Numbered from the stretch's first letter, positions 40,814 to 50,983 are shown. The stretch: 64,000 bases of DNA from an uncultured Verrucomicrobiae bacterium (GCA_963702845.1 OY969763.1:128001-192000); one strand, 5' to 3'. The notes: a model not told the origin generated them from the letters alone. Program-made: numbers and translations.

Positions 40814-41480
40814 AAACCTCCGTTGGTGCTGGCGTCGTCCGTCCCTCTTCAGGCGCGCTTCGCAGTTCCACACTTGTCTCCTTTAAACGCGTAAAAAATT
40901 CCTCGATTCCCTGCCACACCAGGTCGCCGCCGCTGAACCCGCGCCAACGCACCCGAATCAATCCTACCAACTCAAAGCACACATCGATGGGTGCGAGGTA
41001 ATACTCTCGCGCGTCATTCAGTCGATTGACCAGCAGCGCTTCCACGTCGCCCAGCATTTCCGCGAGAACCGGATTTTCACTCACCACGTTTTCCCAACTC
41101 GAAATCGGCAACAACGATTCCGTCGCTCCACCCGGGCTCGGGTAAAGTGCGACCACTTTGTTGGCCAAACTATCCCGATAAAAGAAGGCAAGCTGTATAG
41201 GCAGGGAAAAACTCTCCCATTGCACGTCGCTCATCCGTAAGTCCGGTAATCGGCGCGTGTCTCTGGGAACCAACTTGAACTTGCCAACGACGTTATCAAA
41301 CCGCAACGCGCACGCGTCACAGGCACAGATAATCTTGCGAGTCCCGTTCTCCAGCAAATGGCGGTGCTGTGGTGCAAGTGGCACACTACAAAAATCACAC
41401 TCTTCGACGGCCACTGCGGGACGCGGTCGCGCATAGCGCCGCAGGGCTTCAAGAGGATTGGTTTGTACAGCACCGTTCAC
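40806..41480 (-). CDS. Conserved hhy-associated protein (DUF5947-like)
   Basis: CDFC, CACDAC, YPSPGGATES, WRGFSGG; start uncertain. Confidence 0.8.
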   Translation of the reverse strand: MNGAVQTNPLEALRRYARPRPAVAVEECDFCSVPLAPQHRHLLENGTRKIICACDACALRFDNVVGKFKLVPRDTRRLPDLRMSDVQWESFSLPIQLAFFYRDSLANKVVALYPSPGGATESLLPISSWENVVSENPVLAEMLGDVEALLVNRLNDAREYYLAPIDVCFELVGLIRVRWRGFSGGDLVWQGIEEFFTRLKETSVELRSAPEEGRTTPAPTEVCA

Positions 41481-41499
41481 ATTCGTAAACGTAGCGAAG

Positions 41500-41700
41500 T
41501 TAGGCCGGCGGAATTTCCGGCATGATCGGCAGAATGGGCGCGCGGTCCTTGGCGTTGATGCTCGTCGAATCTCTCGCGCTGCGATACATATCTTTTCCAC
41601 GACCTGGTTCGCGTCCGAGGTCAAACACAGCCTCTTCACCCTTGTGCATCCCTTCGACGTGTACGGGCTTCGGCGGATCTTTCGTCAAAAACTTCGGCAT
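41500..41700 (-). CDS. Small conserved protein at the head of the hhy operon
   Basis: GGAGG RBS; ARDSTSIN..PI.P.MP.IPPA. Confidence 0.7.
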   Translation of the reverse strand: MPKFLTKDPPKPVHVEGMHKGEEAVFDLGREPGRGKDMYRSARDSTSINAKDRAPILPIMPEIPPA

Positions 41701-41930
41701 AGTGTGGCCTCCATCTGAATTGGTGAATTACGTATCTAGATTGAGTTTCGACCACCTGACTCTGACCAACAATCGGGGCACGACCGTTCCTCTGGATTAG
41801 GGATGTGCTTACACAGCGTAGTACTTTCTAATGCCGCAGCAGCCCGCTCCACGCCGTTCCCAGCCGGTGACTTTATTTATGCAAACTTGAGCCTGTTAAA
41901 ATTTCGGCCCTTACTCTAAGTTCCTCGCCC

Positions 41931-42467
41931 ATGACGTCAGCCAAAGTCACCGCAGCCGAATTGGCCAAAGCCATTCGCAACGTTCCGGATTTCCCCAAGC
42001 CCGGTATTCAATTCAAAGACATCACGCCGCTATTGGCTGACGCGCATCTCTACGCCGGCTCCATCGATTTATTGACTGAGAACTTTAAACCGGGCGACGT
42101 CGAGGCTGTGGTCGGTATCGACGCTCGCGGATTCATCTTCGCCGCCGCCGCTGCGTTGAAATTGCAATGTGGATTCGTGCCCGTTCGCAAGAAAGGCAAG
42201 CTGCCGTTTCAGACCTTCGAAGAAAGTTACGATTTGGAATACGGCTCAAACACCATGGCCGTTCATACCGACGCACTGCAGAAAGGCAGTCGCGTGCTGT
42301 TGATTGATGATCTTCTCGCCACTGGCGGAACCGCATCAGCCGCGGCCAACCTGATGAAACAGATCGGCGTGAATATTTTGCAAATGAACTTCCTCATCGA
42401 ATTGAGTTTCCTCGAAGGCCGCAAGCGCCTGGAAGGTGTTCCCGTTCGTTCGCTCGTTGTTTACTAA
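41931..42467 (+). CDS. apt: Adenine phosphoribosyltransferase
   Basis: PDFPKPGIQFKDIT, RKKGKLP, DDLLATGGT. Confidence 0.97.
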   Translation: MTSAKVTAAELAKAIRNVPDFPKPGIQFKDITPLLADAHLYAGSIDLLTENFKPGDVEAVVGIDARGFIFAAAAALKLQCGFVPVRKKGKLPFQTFEESYDLEYGSNTMAVHTDALQKGSRVLLIDDLLATGGTASAAANLMKQIGVNILQMNFLIELSFLEGRKRLEGVPVRSLVVY

Positions 42468-42522
42468 AAATGATTGAGTGTCCTCCACGCGTTGATGCAA
42501 CATCTCGCGCAAGGAGGACGGT

Positions 42523-43188
42523 ATGTTTTTACGGAAGTGGTGCGCCCGATATTGGCGCAAGCTCGCGATTTCTTTTCTGTTGTTGCTGTCGGCTTTTGCC
42601 GCCGCCAATCTTTGGATAATCCATTCAGCGCGCCCATTTATCTATGCGGACATAACGGCGCTCCCGCCCAACGCCGTTGGGCTCGTCCTGGGAACCGGTC
42701 CGTTCACAGCCAAGGGAAATACCAACCTGCATTTTACCGTTCGCGTTGAAGCGGCCGCCGAACTCTACAAATCCGGCAAGGTAAAACATCTCCTGCTCAG
42801 CGGGGATAATCACATTCGCGGCTACGACGAACCGACGGAGATGAAAAATGCGTTGCTCAAACTCGGCATTCCGGAATCCGCCATGACGCTCGACTACGCC
42901 GGCTTGCGAACGCTCGATTCAATGGAGCGCGCGCGAAAGATTTTCGGCCAAACCAAACTGACACTGGTGACGGAACCATTCCACGCCGCGCGCTCCGTAT
43001 TTCTAGCGCGCCATTTCGGCATCGAGCCTGTTGTCTTTTGTGCCGAGGAACTGCCCGGTATGTGGACCAACAACATGCGCGTTCGCGAAGCCGCAGCGCG
43101 CGTCGTTGCCGTGCTGGATGTTTACTTGTGGCATCGAGGCGCCCGCCATTTGGGTGAGCCGATCACCATCAACGTCGCTACGAACTAA
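42523..43188 (+). CDS. SanA/YdcF (DUF218) family protein
   Basis: GLVLG, LLSGDN, DYAGLRTLDS, FH..R, RVRE. Confidence 0.88.
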   Translation: MFLRKWCARYWRKLAISFLLLLSAFAAANLWIIHSARPFIYADITALPPNAVGLVLGTGPFTAKGNTNLHFTVRVEAAAELYKSGKVKHLLLSGDNHIRGYDEPTEMKNALLKLGIPESAMTLDYAGLRTLDSMERARKIFGQTKLTLVTEPFHAARSVFLARHFGIEPVVFCAEELPGMWTNNMRVREAAARVVAVLDVYLWHRGARHLGEPITINVATN

Positions 43189-43351
43189 AATTGGTATCCA
43201 CGTCGGTCGTGATTGAAGGCTTCAGTGGAATCCCCTCAAGTTGAAAACCAAGTTTGTCCTACTTGCTAGGTCACTCTGTGTCAATAGATTCGCTGGGTAC
43301 AAAAGGAGAAGACATATAGCCGACTCCAAAACATTGAACCAAGGCATAAAT

Positions 43352-44222
43352 ATGAAACGAAATATCGGGAAATTCGCAGCAAACGTCGCCGCCGCGGGCG
43401 TGCTACTCGGCGCAGCGGTCGTTTTTGCGGATGATCAACAAAACCAGCAAAGCGGAGCCAGTTCGACAGATCAGTCTCAACAAGCAGGACAATCATCGTC
43501 AGCAACGTCTCCGTCGTCGTCTGATCAATCGAGTCCGTCGGCCACTGGAGGCGGCGGCGCGATTAGTGCAGAAGCACGCGAGAAGGCCCAGGCCAAAGTC
43601 GCCGAGATCGCTCAGGACCCGCAACTGTTCATTAAAGTCGCATACGAGGAAAACCTCAGCGAGGTGAAGGCCGGTCAATTGGCTCAGCAAAAAGCGCAAA
43701 GTCAGCAGATGCAAAGATTTCGCGCAGAGCCTGGTGCAAGACCATCAACAAGCGCTCGATCAACTCAAGAAACTGGCCGATCAAAAAAACGTGCAAGTTT
43801 CCGACCAACTCGATCCGCGTCGTCAACGTATGATCGACGAGCTGTCGAGTCTTTCCGGCGCGGACTTCGACAAGCGTTTCATGAACCAGCAAATTCGCGC
43901 ACACAAACGTGCGATTGCGCTGTATCAACAAGCGGCCCAGAGCAACACCGATGCTGAGGTGAAGCAATTCGCGCAACAGAACGTCGCGGGCCTGCAACAT
44001 CATTTGCAGATGGCCGAACAGCAGGGCGGCATCAGCGAACCCGCCGGTGCAAGCAGCTCGAAAGACTCGAAAGACCAAGGTTCATCGAGTCAGCCACAAC
44101 AAGGACAATCCGGTGCATCGAGCTCCAGCCCATCGAGCCCGGATCAATCAGCTCAGCCTGGACAGTCGGGACAGCCCAGTTCGCCCAGTCAGCCCGATCA
44201 ATCCCAACCAAGTCCTAAATAG
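43352..44222 (+). pseudogene. Secreted DUF4142-domain protein, frameshifted near 43714
   Basis: EVKAGQLAQQKAQ continues in another frame as DFAQSLVQDH...LSGADFDK..HLQMA. Confidence 0.75.
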
Positions 44223-44289
44223 TACTTTGGGCAGCTTTTATTTTGGGCTCCCGATTCTGAGGACGGGCACTTCAAAATGAAAGCCGGGG

Positions 44290-44331
44290 AAAAAGTCCCG
44301 AGCTATCGAAAGATTGCTCGGGACATTTTTT
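44290..44331. terminator. Bidirectional terminator
   Basis: AAAAAGTCCCGAGC..GCTCGGGACATTTTTT between convergent genes. Confidence 0.7.
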
Positions 44332-44355
44332 GTACTCGCGTCGGCTGCTACAAAG

Positions 44356-46098
44356 TTATTGTCCACTCAACTCCGCTGATAAATCGAATCGCTCGAAAAC
44401 TTTGCCCAGCAAACGAATTGCGAGCGCCACTTCCACGCACATGACGGCTGCGCCTGCAATGGCTCCGAGGACGATGCCGATCTCGAACGACAGGGCTAAT
44501 TGTGTGACGAACAAAACTGCGCCGAACACCAACCCTGCAGGAGCCAAACACAATGCTAACGCAAGGACCTGGCCGAACATTAGAATGAGTTGCTGCCCCA
44601 TCGTCTCGATGCCGCGCGGGGCGGTTTTATCAAATTGAAACCATGCCGGCAGCAAGAGGACGCTGGTGTTCTGCAGCAGGATGGCGATCAGGTCCAGGAA
44701 GGGCAGGGCGATCGCGGCCGCGACACAGCAGCTGAGCTTCATCCCAAAAGGCAACGGTTGTGTGCCAAATTGCGACGGCGAACCGACGAGAAAAACCGCA
44801 ATCAGCACCCATTGAAAACATGCGAGCAACAGCGCGGGAGCGAGCACTTCGCCTAAAACAATTTGCCAGCCCCGCATCGGCAACGTTTTTAGCACGTCGA
44901 TCATCGGCAGGTCCTGACGCAAATCCAGGCGAACGATTTGCGGACCGAAGAACAGGGACATGACGGCAAACATTCCGCTGAATGTGGCGATTGCGATGCC
45001 CCACGCAAAATGTCCACGCGTCATCATCACGGTGATGAAAGTGATCCACAAAATGATGAACCAGAAACGGCGGCTGAAAATCTGGCCGCTGCTGATGAGG
45101 TTCTTCCAGAGGATCGCGATATACGGCGAGCCTTCGGTTCCGAGTTGAAAGGGTGAGCGCTTGGCTTTCTTGGGCTTTTGCACGCCCCATTGTCCCGCGC
45201 GCATGTTGGCGATTTTCTCGGCGGTTTTGCGCGACAATTCGATCGACGCTTCTTCAAAGGCAACGTTGGCCGACATGACCCACCAGTAATGCGCCGCGAA
45301 AATGACGATGGCCGGCACAATCGCGACAGCGAAATCGTGCCAGTTGGTGGCGAAAAACGGCGCGAGCAAAACGCGGAAGGGCAGCAGCAACCAGTACAGT
45401 GCACCCGTGTTGAACAAATTCAGGAAATACTGTTGCAGGGCATTGATGTTGACTTCGTCCCTCGCAGGGAACGCGGGAGCGGTCGTCCACGTGTAATAGC
45501 CGATGGAGGCGACGCCCACGGCAATAATTAGCACAACTGTAATGCGTCGCTTCCAGGTGCTGAGCCCGTGCTCGGTCAAGCGCGTGACGGCAAAGGAACT
45601 GCCGAGCGAGTGCAGGCCCATGGTCGCAAGAACGATCCACCAACCCAACACGCGAATGAACGGGTTGCTGCCGGCCCAGGCGCGACCAAAAATTGTGAAC
45701 ATGATCGCGCTAATCAAAATGACCAATTGTGTGCGGAGCAGTTTGAAATTGATCAACGTGCGACGCCCGATCGGCGCTGGAAACAGGAACGCAATTTCCG
45801 CTTCGGTGAAAACGAGAGCCGCGCGTTCACGCGGGAACAGCCACGCCAACAAAAACAGGACAAACAAGACGACGGTCACGCCGGTGTGTACCAGTAGGAC
45901 GCTGTCTGGTGACGCTCCCCAAATCGGAGCGACACCATGCCGGCGCGCTCCGCCGCGCATGAACACGAAGAAGTAAAAGTAGCAGAAACCGACGATCGCG
46001 CCGAAGAGGTACTTCGGTTGGCGCAGCCGTCGGAAACGCATAATGATCGCGTTCTTCCAACTGTGATAGATGTAAAAGGTGAAGGCGTGCAGTATCAT
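44356..46098 (-). CDS. Putative ABC exporter membrane protein
   Basis: Multi-TM; FTEAEIAFLFPAP; coupled to an ATPase. Confidence 0.85.
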   Translation of the reverse strand: MILHAFTFYIYHSWKNAIIMRFRRLRQPKYLFGAIVGFCYFYFFVFMRGGARRHGVAPIWGASPDSVLLVHTGVTVVLFVLFLLAWLFPRERAALVFTEAEIAFLFPAPIGRRTLINFKLLRTQLVILISAIMFTIFGRAWAGSNPFIRVLGWWIVLATMGLHSLGSSFAVTRLTEHGLSTWKRRITVVLIIAVGVASIGYYTWTTAPAFPARDEVNINALQQYFLNLFNTGALYWLLLPFRVLLAPFFATNWHDFAVAIVPAIVIFAAHYWWVMSANVAFEEASIELSRKTAEKIANMRAGQWGVQKPKKAKRSPFQLGTEGSPYIAILWKNLISSGQIFSRRFWFIILWITFITVMMTRGHFAWGIAIATFSGMFAVMSLFFGPQIVRLDLRQDLPMIDVLKTLPMRGWQIVLGEVLAPALLLACFQWVLIAVFLVGSPSQFGTQPLPFGMKLSCCVAAAIALPFLDLIAILLQNTSVLLLPAWFQFDKTAPRGIETMGQQLILMFGQVLALALCLAPAGLVFGAVLFVTQLALSFEIGIVLGAIAGAAVMCVEVALAIRLLGKVFERFDLSAELSGQ

Positions 46099-46910
46099 TG
46101 CGGCCCTTTCTCGGACGGCGCAGCGGGACCGTCCCCGCCTTCTTCGGTGACGCGGAAGAATACGTCCTCGAGATTTGCGCCCTCGGGCAGTTCGGAAAAG
46201 CGTGCGCGCACTTCGGCCAGACTGCCGTCCACGATTTTACGTCCGTTTTTCAGAATGAGGACGTGTGAGCAGACTTCCTCGAGCAAGTGGAGCAGGTGAG
46301 AGCTGATCAAGATCGCCGCGCCTTCGCGAGCGCGTTTCAGGATCGAATCTTTCATGCGACGAATGCCGATTGGGTCGAGACCGGTCAACGGTTCGTCGAA
46401 GAAAATGACCTGGGGCGCGTGCAGCAGGCCACAGGCGATCATGAGTTTCTGTTTCATGCCGCGCGACAATTCCGACGGCAGCTTGTCGCGTTTGTCAGCG
46501 ATCTCGAGTTCTTCGAGCAAGGTGAGCGCGAGCGGTTCATAATTGCGCACGTTGTAAATGCGCGCGGTGAAAGCGAGATGTTGGTTGACGGTCAAGTAAT
46601 CGAACAGGCGCGGTTCGTCGGAGAAAAAGGACAAACGCTTTTTCGCTTCGATAGGTTGGGTGGCCATGTCGAAGCCGCAAATGCGAATGGAGCCGCGCGA
46701 TGGCGGAATGATGCCCGCAAGACAGCGCATGGTGGTGGTTTTGCCCGCGCCGTTCGGGCCGACCAAGCCGATGACCTGGCCTGGTCGCACGAAAAACGAC
46801 AGGTCGGTGACTGCGGGAAAGTTGCCGTAGAGTTTGGTCAAACCATCCGCGGAAATTAATGCATCCTGGACAGGCGGGATATGTGACAGCACCGGCGGCA
46901 ATGTTTCCAT
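46095..46910 (-). CDS. ABC transporter ATP-binding protein
   Basis: GPNGAGKTT, LSRGMKQK, FDEP. Confidence 0.93.
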   Translation of the reverse strand: METLPPVLSHIPPVQDALISADGLTKLYGNFPAVTDLSFFVRPGQVIGLVGPNGAGKTTTMRCLAGIIPPSRGSIRICGFDMATQPIEAKKRLSFFSDEPRLFDYLTVNQHLAFTARIYNVRNYEPLALTLLEELEIADKRDKLPSELSRGMKQKLMIACGLLHAPQVIFFDEPLTGLDPIGIRRMKDSILKRAREGAAILISSHLLHLLEEVCSHVLILKNGRKIVDGSLAEVRARFSELPEGANLEDVFFRVTEEGGDGPAAPSEKGPQ

Positions 46911-47111
46911 GGCGCGGAGGGTAGCAATGGCGCGGTGAGTGGGGGAGTATAAAAAGGCGGCGTGTTTGTAAGTCGGTGAGTCTGTAAGGCGGTAAGTCGG
47001 ATCATAATCTATCTGTTTGGGCGCACCTCGACGGATTACCTTTTGCAACGGGCGCCCCGTTTGTGTTGACCAGGCGAACCCAGATGCATTCGGTGTATTT
47101 GTGAAAGCAAA

Positions 47112-47160
47112 GCAGCGCAGATGACAGGCGCGCAACTGGCTTTGTCTTTAAGCAGCGTTG
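47112..47160 (+). repeat. Family-C repeat at the left edge of the cassette array
   Basis: First 27 bp identical to 55551-55577. Confidence 0.85.
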
Positions 47161-47196
47161 GAATTACTGAGAGCGGACGCCAACGGCCCGGCTGTT

Positions 47197-47583
47197 TCAT
47201 TGTGAGTCTCGCTCTGACACCCACCGCTTCATGTGCCCGTCCAGCTCGGTAAACAGGGCTGGCAGCTTGGTGAATTGCTCCTGCGTGAACGCCTCGGTGC
47301 CAAAGCCAGGAAGTCTCCGACTGCAAAAACCGTAGAACTCTTCCGCGCATCGCTTGCAAAGCGCCCACAGCTTTGGATTGCCAGATAACTTTGCAGACAA
47401 ATCGGGAGCGCTGCAGTCGGGAGCGCCACCACAGTAATGGCAACCAGCCGGCAATACGGAGACCGAGCCGGGGTTCACCTCTTCAGAACACTGGACGCAA
47501 AGATCTGCCGTCGTGACGTTATCTCCGACGATTGTCGTGATGTGAACCGTCGCCTCCCGTTGATTGCATTTCGCGCAAAGCAT
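47197..47583 (-). CDS. Cassette: Zn-finger protein with McsA-like N-terminus
   Basis: MLCAKCNQREATVHIT...LCVQC plus two more CxxC. Confidence 0.7.
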   Translation of the reverse strand: MLCAKCNQREATVHITTIVGDNVTTADLCVQCSEEVNPGSVSVLPAGCHYCGGAPDCSAPDLSAKLSGNPKLWALCKRCAEEFYGFCSRRLPGFGTEAFTQEQFTKLPALFTELDGHMKRWVSERDSQ

Positions 47584-47592
47584 AACGACTGT

Positions 47593-47691
47593 GGTTAACG
47601 AAAAAAACTGAGCCACGCCGGGCAACTGACGTCAGCCGCGAAAGCGGAGCTGCCAACGCCAACCGGCGTTGGCTCAAGCGTCTGGTTAAGC
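47593..47691 (-). other. attC site
   Basis: + strand GGTTAAC..TGAGCCACGCCGG/CCGGCGTTGGCTCA..GTTAAGC with an extrahelical base; cassette stop within R''. Confidence 0.85.
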
Positions 47692-47979
47692 TGCATGCGG
47701 CCTCCGCTCGGATGAGCCACGAAGAGCGCGACGAATACCAAGGACAAACAATCCAAAGGCGATAAGGACTACAGCTGAAATCAAGACGTCAGGGACGCGC
47801 CCGTACCCGCCACCAAAAAACCATAACGTGCTACTTTTAACGTGAGCGAATCCGTAATCGGAACCGCGGATGGTTACCGTAGCGTATCCCTGAAATCGCC
47901 CCAGCCAATACCGGCATGAAACGCCAAAGAATCCCGCTCCAACCAAGAGGAGTAGCCACTTAGATTGTTTCGGATTCAT
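47686..47979 (-). CDS. Cassette: two-TM protein
   Basis: Fills the interval between attC sites. Confidence 0.7.
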   Translation of the reverse strand: MNPKQSKWLLLLVGAGFFGVSCRYWLGRFQGYATVTIRGSDYGFAHVKSSTLWFFGGGYGRVPDVLISAVVLIAFGLFVLGIRRALRGSSERRPHAA

Positions 47980-47990
47980 ATCTTGTTCAG

Positions 47991-48083
47991 CAATAACCCC
48001 AAAGCTCAGCGGCGACGGGCCACTGACTCGAGGATTGTAAACGCAGCGTCGAACCGCCGTCCGCCGAAGCGCTATTGTTAGCC
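47991..48083 (-). other. attC site
   Basis: CAATAAC..GCGGCGACGG/CCGTCCGC..GTTAGCC. Confidence 0.75.
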
Positions 48084-48120
48084 TTTGTCTTCACGTTTGG
48101 AAACTTGCGCTACGATGCTG

Positions 48121-48642
48121 TCACTTCGCCCGCTCCGCCGCCCTCATATCCGCCTCCGCAATCTTCTCAACATAAAACTGCCCTCGCGCCTTCAGCTTGG
48201 TCGCCCACGATTCCCTGTCGCCGCCTCCACTACGGACATAACAATCGTAACCTAACACTGCTGCATACTGATCTTCCGTCTGCTCCATATTCCGCTCGCA
48301 CCATTTCAAAACCGCTGGCCGATACTTGTCATTGATATGCCTTGAAAACTCCGTCGCCAGCGAAAGATCAAAATCGTTCTTTTCCGAATCTGCGGCCACA
48401 ACTAACTTCTGCCAATCCGCATCCGTCGGCTGCCGGCCCGCCTCCAACGCCTCAAATGCCCGATTCCTCGCCTCGACATTCTCAATTATCCAGCCCTGCT
48501 TTTGGGCAATGGCCTGTAACATCCGCTCGCTTGGATGCGAAAAATCCGACCTCTGACCCGAAGTCTCCTGCACCTGCTTGCCACAACCAATCAATAGCCC
48601 CGCCACTATCGCCGCAACAATTGGAACCATGCGAAATTTCAT
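48121..48642 (-). CDS. Cassette: lipoprotein
   Basis: LIGC lipobox. Confidence 0.75.
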   Translation of the reverse strand: MKFRMVPIVAAIVAGLLIGCGKQVQETSGQRSDFSHPSERMLQAIAQKQGWIIENVEARNRAFEALEAGRQPTDADWQKLVVAADSEKNDFDLSLATEFSRHINDKYRPAVLKWCERNMEQTEDQYAAVLGYDCYVRSGGGDRESWATKLKARGQFYVEKIAEADMRAAERAK

Positions 48643-48655
48643 AAAATCTGGATGC

Positions 48656-48754
48656 TGCTAACGTCCAGAGCTCAGGCACGCGGGACCAAAAACCGTGAAC
48701 CGCGAAGCGGAGCTGAGAGCGCCATCCCGCGTTGCCTGCAGAGATTTGTTAGAT
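48656..48754 (-). other. attC site
   Basis: TGCTAAC..CAGGCACGCGGGA/TCCCGCGTTGCCTG..GTTAGAT. Confidence 0.85.
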
Positions 48755-48982
48755 CTCTGGTTCATGTCTCCTCAACTCTCGAAGCAAACGCACCTCACTC
48801 GATCCGTCCTCATACTCGACGAGATACTTCTGCTCTGGATGCGGGGCTTCCGGTGAAATAACCGAAGCGACAGCTCCGCGTCTCGCTCCTCCAATAACTG
48901 TCACCATATCGTTGACCACGAGCGGCAACGCCTCACTTCTTTTGCCTTCGTAAAATGCTTGGCGCATGGCTTCAGTAATCAT
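48749..48982 (-). CDS. Cassette: small SH3/KOW-like protein
   Basis: ND.V.V.GG...G...V....YLVEY.DGS; stop within R''. Confidence 0.7.
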   Translation of the reverse strand: MITEAMRQAFYEGKRSEALPLVVNDMVTVIGGARRGAVASVISPEAPHPEQKYLVEYEDGSSEVRLLRELRRHEPEI

Positions 48983-48992
48983 GTCCGGTGAG

Positions 48993-49189
48993 GTCTAACT
49001 ATGATTATGCGACACACTGTCGCAGTAATTTCGATATGCGAACGGTTGGTTCATATTGGTTGAGCAGACTATTGTTCTGCTGCCGCTGCGAAGCAAGCGC
49101 AACTGGGCGCGCTCGCGAGCACGGCGACGACATGCCGGAGATCCGCGATTGGAAGTGGAGCGCGTAGGGAAAGGGCAGAGCAGTTTAAC
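48993..49189. repeat. Family-A repeat copy 1 (attI-like site + arm + xfp-like 3' end)
   Basis: gtctaactatgattatgcgac...; 49117-49167 encodes EHGDDMPEIRDWKWSA*. Confidence 0.9.
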
Positions 49190-49274
49190 GCCCCGGGTCA
49201 GGCAGGCCGGGGCAAAGGTGTTCGATTGCAAACAGAGACGCGATCCCGGCCTTGCCTGCAGCGACTTGCTAGGG
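49183..49274 (-). other. attC site (R'' variant)
   Basis: GTTTAAC..CAGGCAGGCCGGG/CCCGGCCTTGCCTG..GCTAGGG. Confidence 0.75.
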
Positions 49275-49640
49275 TGCATTTGTGATGTTGATAGATACAA
49301 TGTTGATGCCATTGCTTTGAATATGTGCTGCCTGCAATAAACCGTCTCTCCATGCTCCATCCGGTCTAAATCGCTTCGGCTTAATGTCCAGACCTAGACT
49401 GCATCCGCGTGACAATGGGAAAAAATGAGACCAACCAAAACTGTCTCCAGCGCTTAGGCCGTCCTTAAAACCGTGATGCACTAAATATTTCGTCGCGTCA
49501 TCTTCTCGCATCCCAAAGGTCAGTTTCGATGCGATCTTAACCGCCTGTGCTTGGGTGAACTGGTTTGTCGCCGTCTGCGCTTCTGTGAGGTTCGTAAAAG
49601 CGAGAAGCACTAAACAACATATTGCTGAAATCGTTCTCAT
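49269..49640 (-). CDS. Cassette: secreted protein
   Basis: Signal peptide; stop at the attC edge. Confidence 0.75.
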   Translation of the reverse strand: MRTISAICCLVLLAFTNLTEAQTATNQFTQAQAVKIASKLTFGMREDDATKYLVHHGFKDGLSAGDSFGWSHFFPLSRGCSLGLDIKPKRFRPDGAWRDGLLQAAHIQSNGINIVSINITNAP

Positions 49641-49643
49641 GCA

Positions 49644-49857
49644 CCCTAACTATGCTTACGCGACGGGGTGTCGCGGTGATTTTGATATACGAACGGTTGG
49701 TTCATATTGATTGAGGAGACTATTGTTCTGCGGTCGCTGCGAATCAAGCGCAACAAAACGCGCTTGACCTCACCTTGGGCCTTTGAGCACGGCGACGACA
49801 TGCCGGAGATCCGCGATAGGAAATGGAGTGCGTAGGGAAAGGGCGAAGCAGTTTAAC
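49644..49857. repeat. Family-A repeat copy 2
   Basis: 49785-49835 encodes EHGDDMPEIRDRKWSA*; short insertion in the arm. Confidence 0.9.
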
Positions 49858-49949
49858 GAAAAAAGCTGAGCCACCGCCGACTCGTGGCGTGAACCGTGAT
49901 AGCGGAACGGACAGCGCCAACGGCGGCTGGCTCCGGCGATTTGTTAGAC
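49851..49949 (-). other. attC site
   Basis: GTTTAAC..GAGCCACCGCCG/CGGCGGCTGGCTC..GTTAGAC. Confidence 0.85.
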
Positions 49950-49955
49950 TCGTGG

Positions 49956-50297
49956 CTACTTCTTTGGAACACCAACTCCATATACCTCCAGAATCCCACC
50001 TTCGCCGCCAGTTTTAAGTATCAAGTAACCGCCTGTCTGCTCTGACCTCCATATATCGTATTCCACAATATCCAATCCGGTGGGATGGGGCACCCGATAC
50101 TTCTCAAAGGTCGCCAGCTTCTCAATCTCTGACAGGTCTTGATAATGTAATTTCTGGAGGCCGCTGGTATGCGACACGGATGACGCAGTGAAACGCTCAT
50201 CAAGAATCTTCTGCATCTCCTTCGAAGGCTTGGCATCGGCCGCATAGGCGAACATTCCGCATAAAAGAACAACGACAAAACAGGTGAGAGGTTTCAT
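49956..50297 (-). CDS. Cassette: secreted protein
   Basis: Signal peptide ending AYA. Confidence 0.75.
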   Translation of the reverse strand: MKPLTCFVVVLLCGMFAYAADAKPSKEMQKILDERFTASSVSHTSGLQKLHYQDLSEIEKLATFEKYRVPHPTGLDIVEYDIWRSEQTGGYLILKTGGEGGILEVYGVGVPKK

Positions 50298-50301
50298 ACG
50301 A

Positions 50302-50476
50302 GTCTAACTATGATTATGCGACGGGGTGCCGCGGTAATTTTGATATACGAACGGTTGGTTCATATTGGTTGAGGAGACTATTGTTCTGCGGCCGCTGCGA
50401 ATCAAGCGCAACAAAACGCGCTCGCGAGCACGGCGACGACATGCCGGAAATCCGCGATTGGAAATGGAGTGCGTAA
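50302..50476. repeat. Family-A repeat copy 3
   Basis: 50426-50476 encodes EHGDDMPEIRDWKWSA* with a TAA stop. Confidence 0.9.
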
Positions 50477-50494
50477 GGGGGAATTAGTCGGTCC

Positions 50495-50983
50495 TTACTT
50501 TCGATTTGCGTCTAGGCGGAAGGGTTGGCTTCCGTACGCTGGACCGCTTGGTTCGCCCGTCTTCGGATCTTTTTTGATGACAAGAGAAACATAATATTTG
50601 TCGGTTGGACGGATTGGATATGAATGGACACCCCACGCGTCCTTCAAATCGTCCACCCATAAACCAAAACCTTCAGCCCCGCCATGAAACTCAATTACCA
50701 TGTGGTCGGAATGCACATACACGCCAACCGGTTTTAATTCGACAATAGATAGCGGCAAGTTTGTTAGACCACTCCCCTTATAATAAATTTCATTTGTCGG
50801 CGACCGGCTAATCACGCAACTCGCACTGCGGATGATTTCCGCGCAGTCCACGGTTCTCAGAACCTTGTGGAAGTGCCACTGCTTGGGCAGGGAATACCAG
50901 AGCCCGCTTACTGTGAGAATACCTGTCAGGACCACACAAAGTCCGAGAAAAATGCCGAGTGGAATTTTTACGATGTTTTTCAC
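50495..50983 (-). CDS. Cassette: membrane-anchored protein
   Basis: N-terminal TM; C-terminus appears to read into a truncated attC (GGCGAAC...). Confidence 0.7.
   Translation of the reverse strand: MKNIVKIPLGIFLGLCVVLTGILTVSGLWYSLPKQWHFHKVLRTVDCAEIIRSASCVISRSPTNEIYYKGSGLTNLPLSIVELKPVGVYVHSDHMVIEFHGGAEGFGLWVDDLKDAWGVHSYPIRPTDKYYVSLVIKKDPKTGEPSGPAYGSQPFRLDANRK

Noticed and set aside
48985..49016. dif/pdif site (GTGTCGCATAA-TCATAG-TTAG..) at the family-A end
   Set aside because: The XerC-like arm is suggestive, but the would-be XerD arm is not TTATGTTAAAT-like and varies with each cassette, which fits an attI core better.
48993..49189. Group IIC-attC intron remnant
   Set aside because: No recognisable intron 5' end, domain V or reverse transcriptase.
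48995..49360. Minus-strand ORFs across family-A repeats (also 52473-52769)
   Set aside because: Frame and start are not conserved among copies; conservation follows the + strand tail only.
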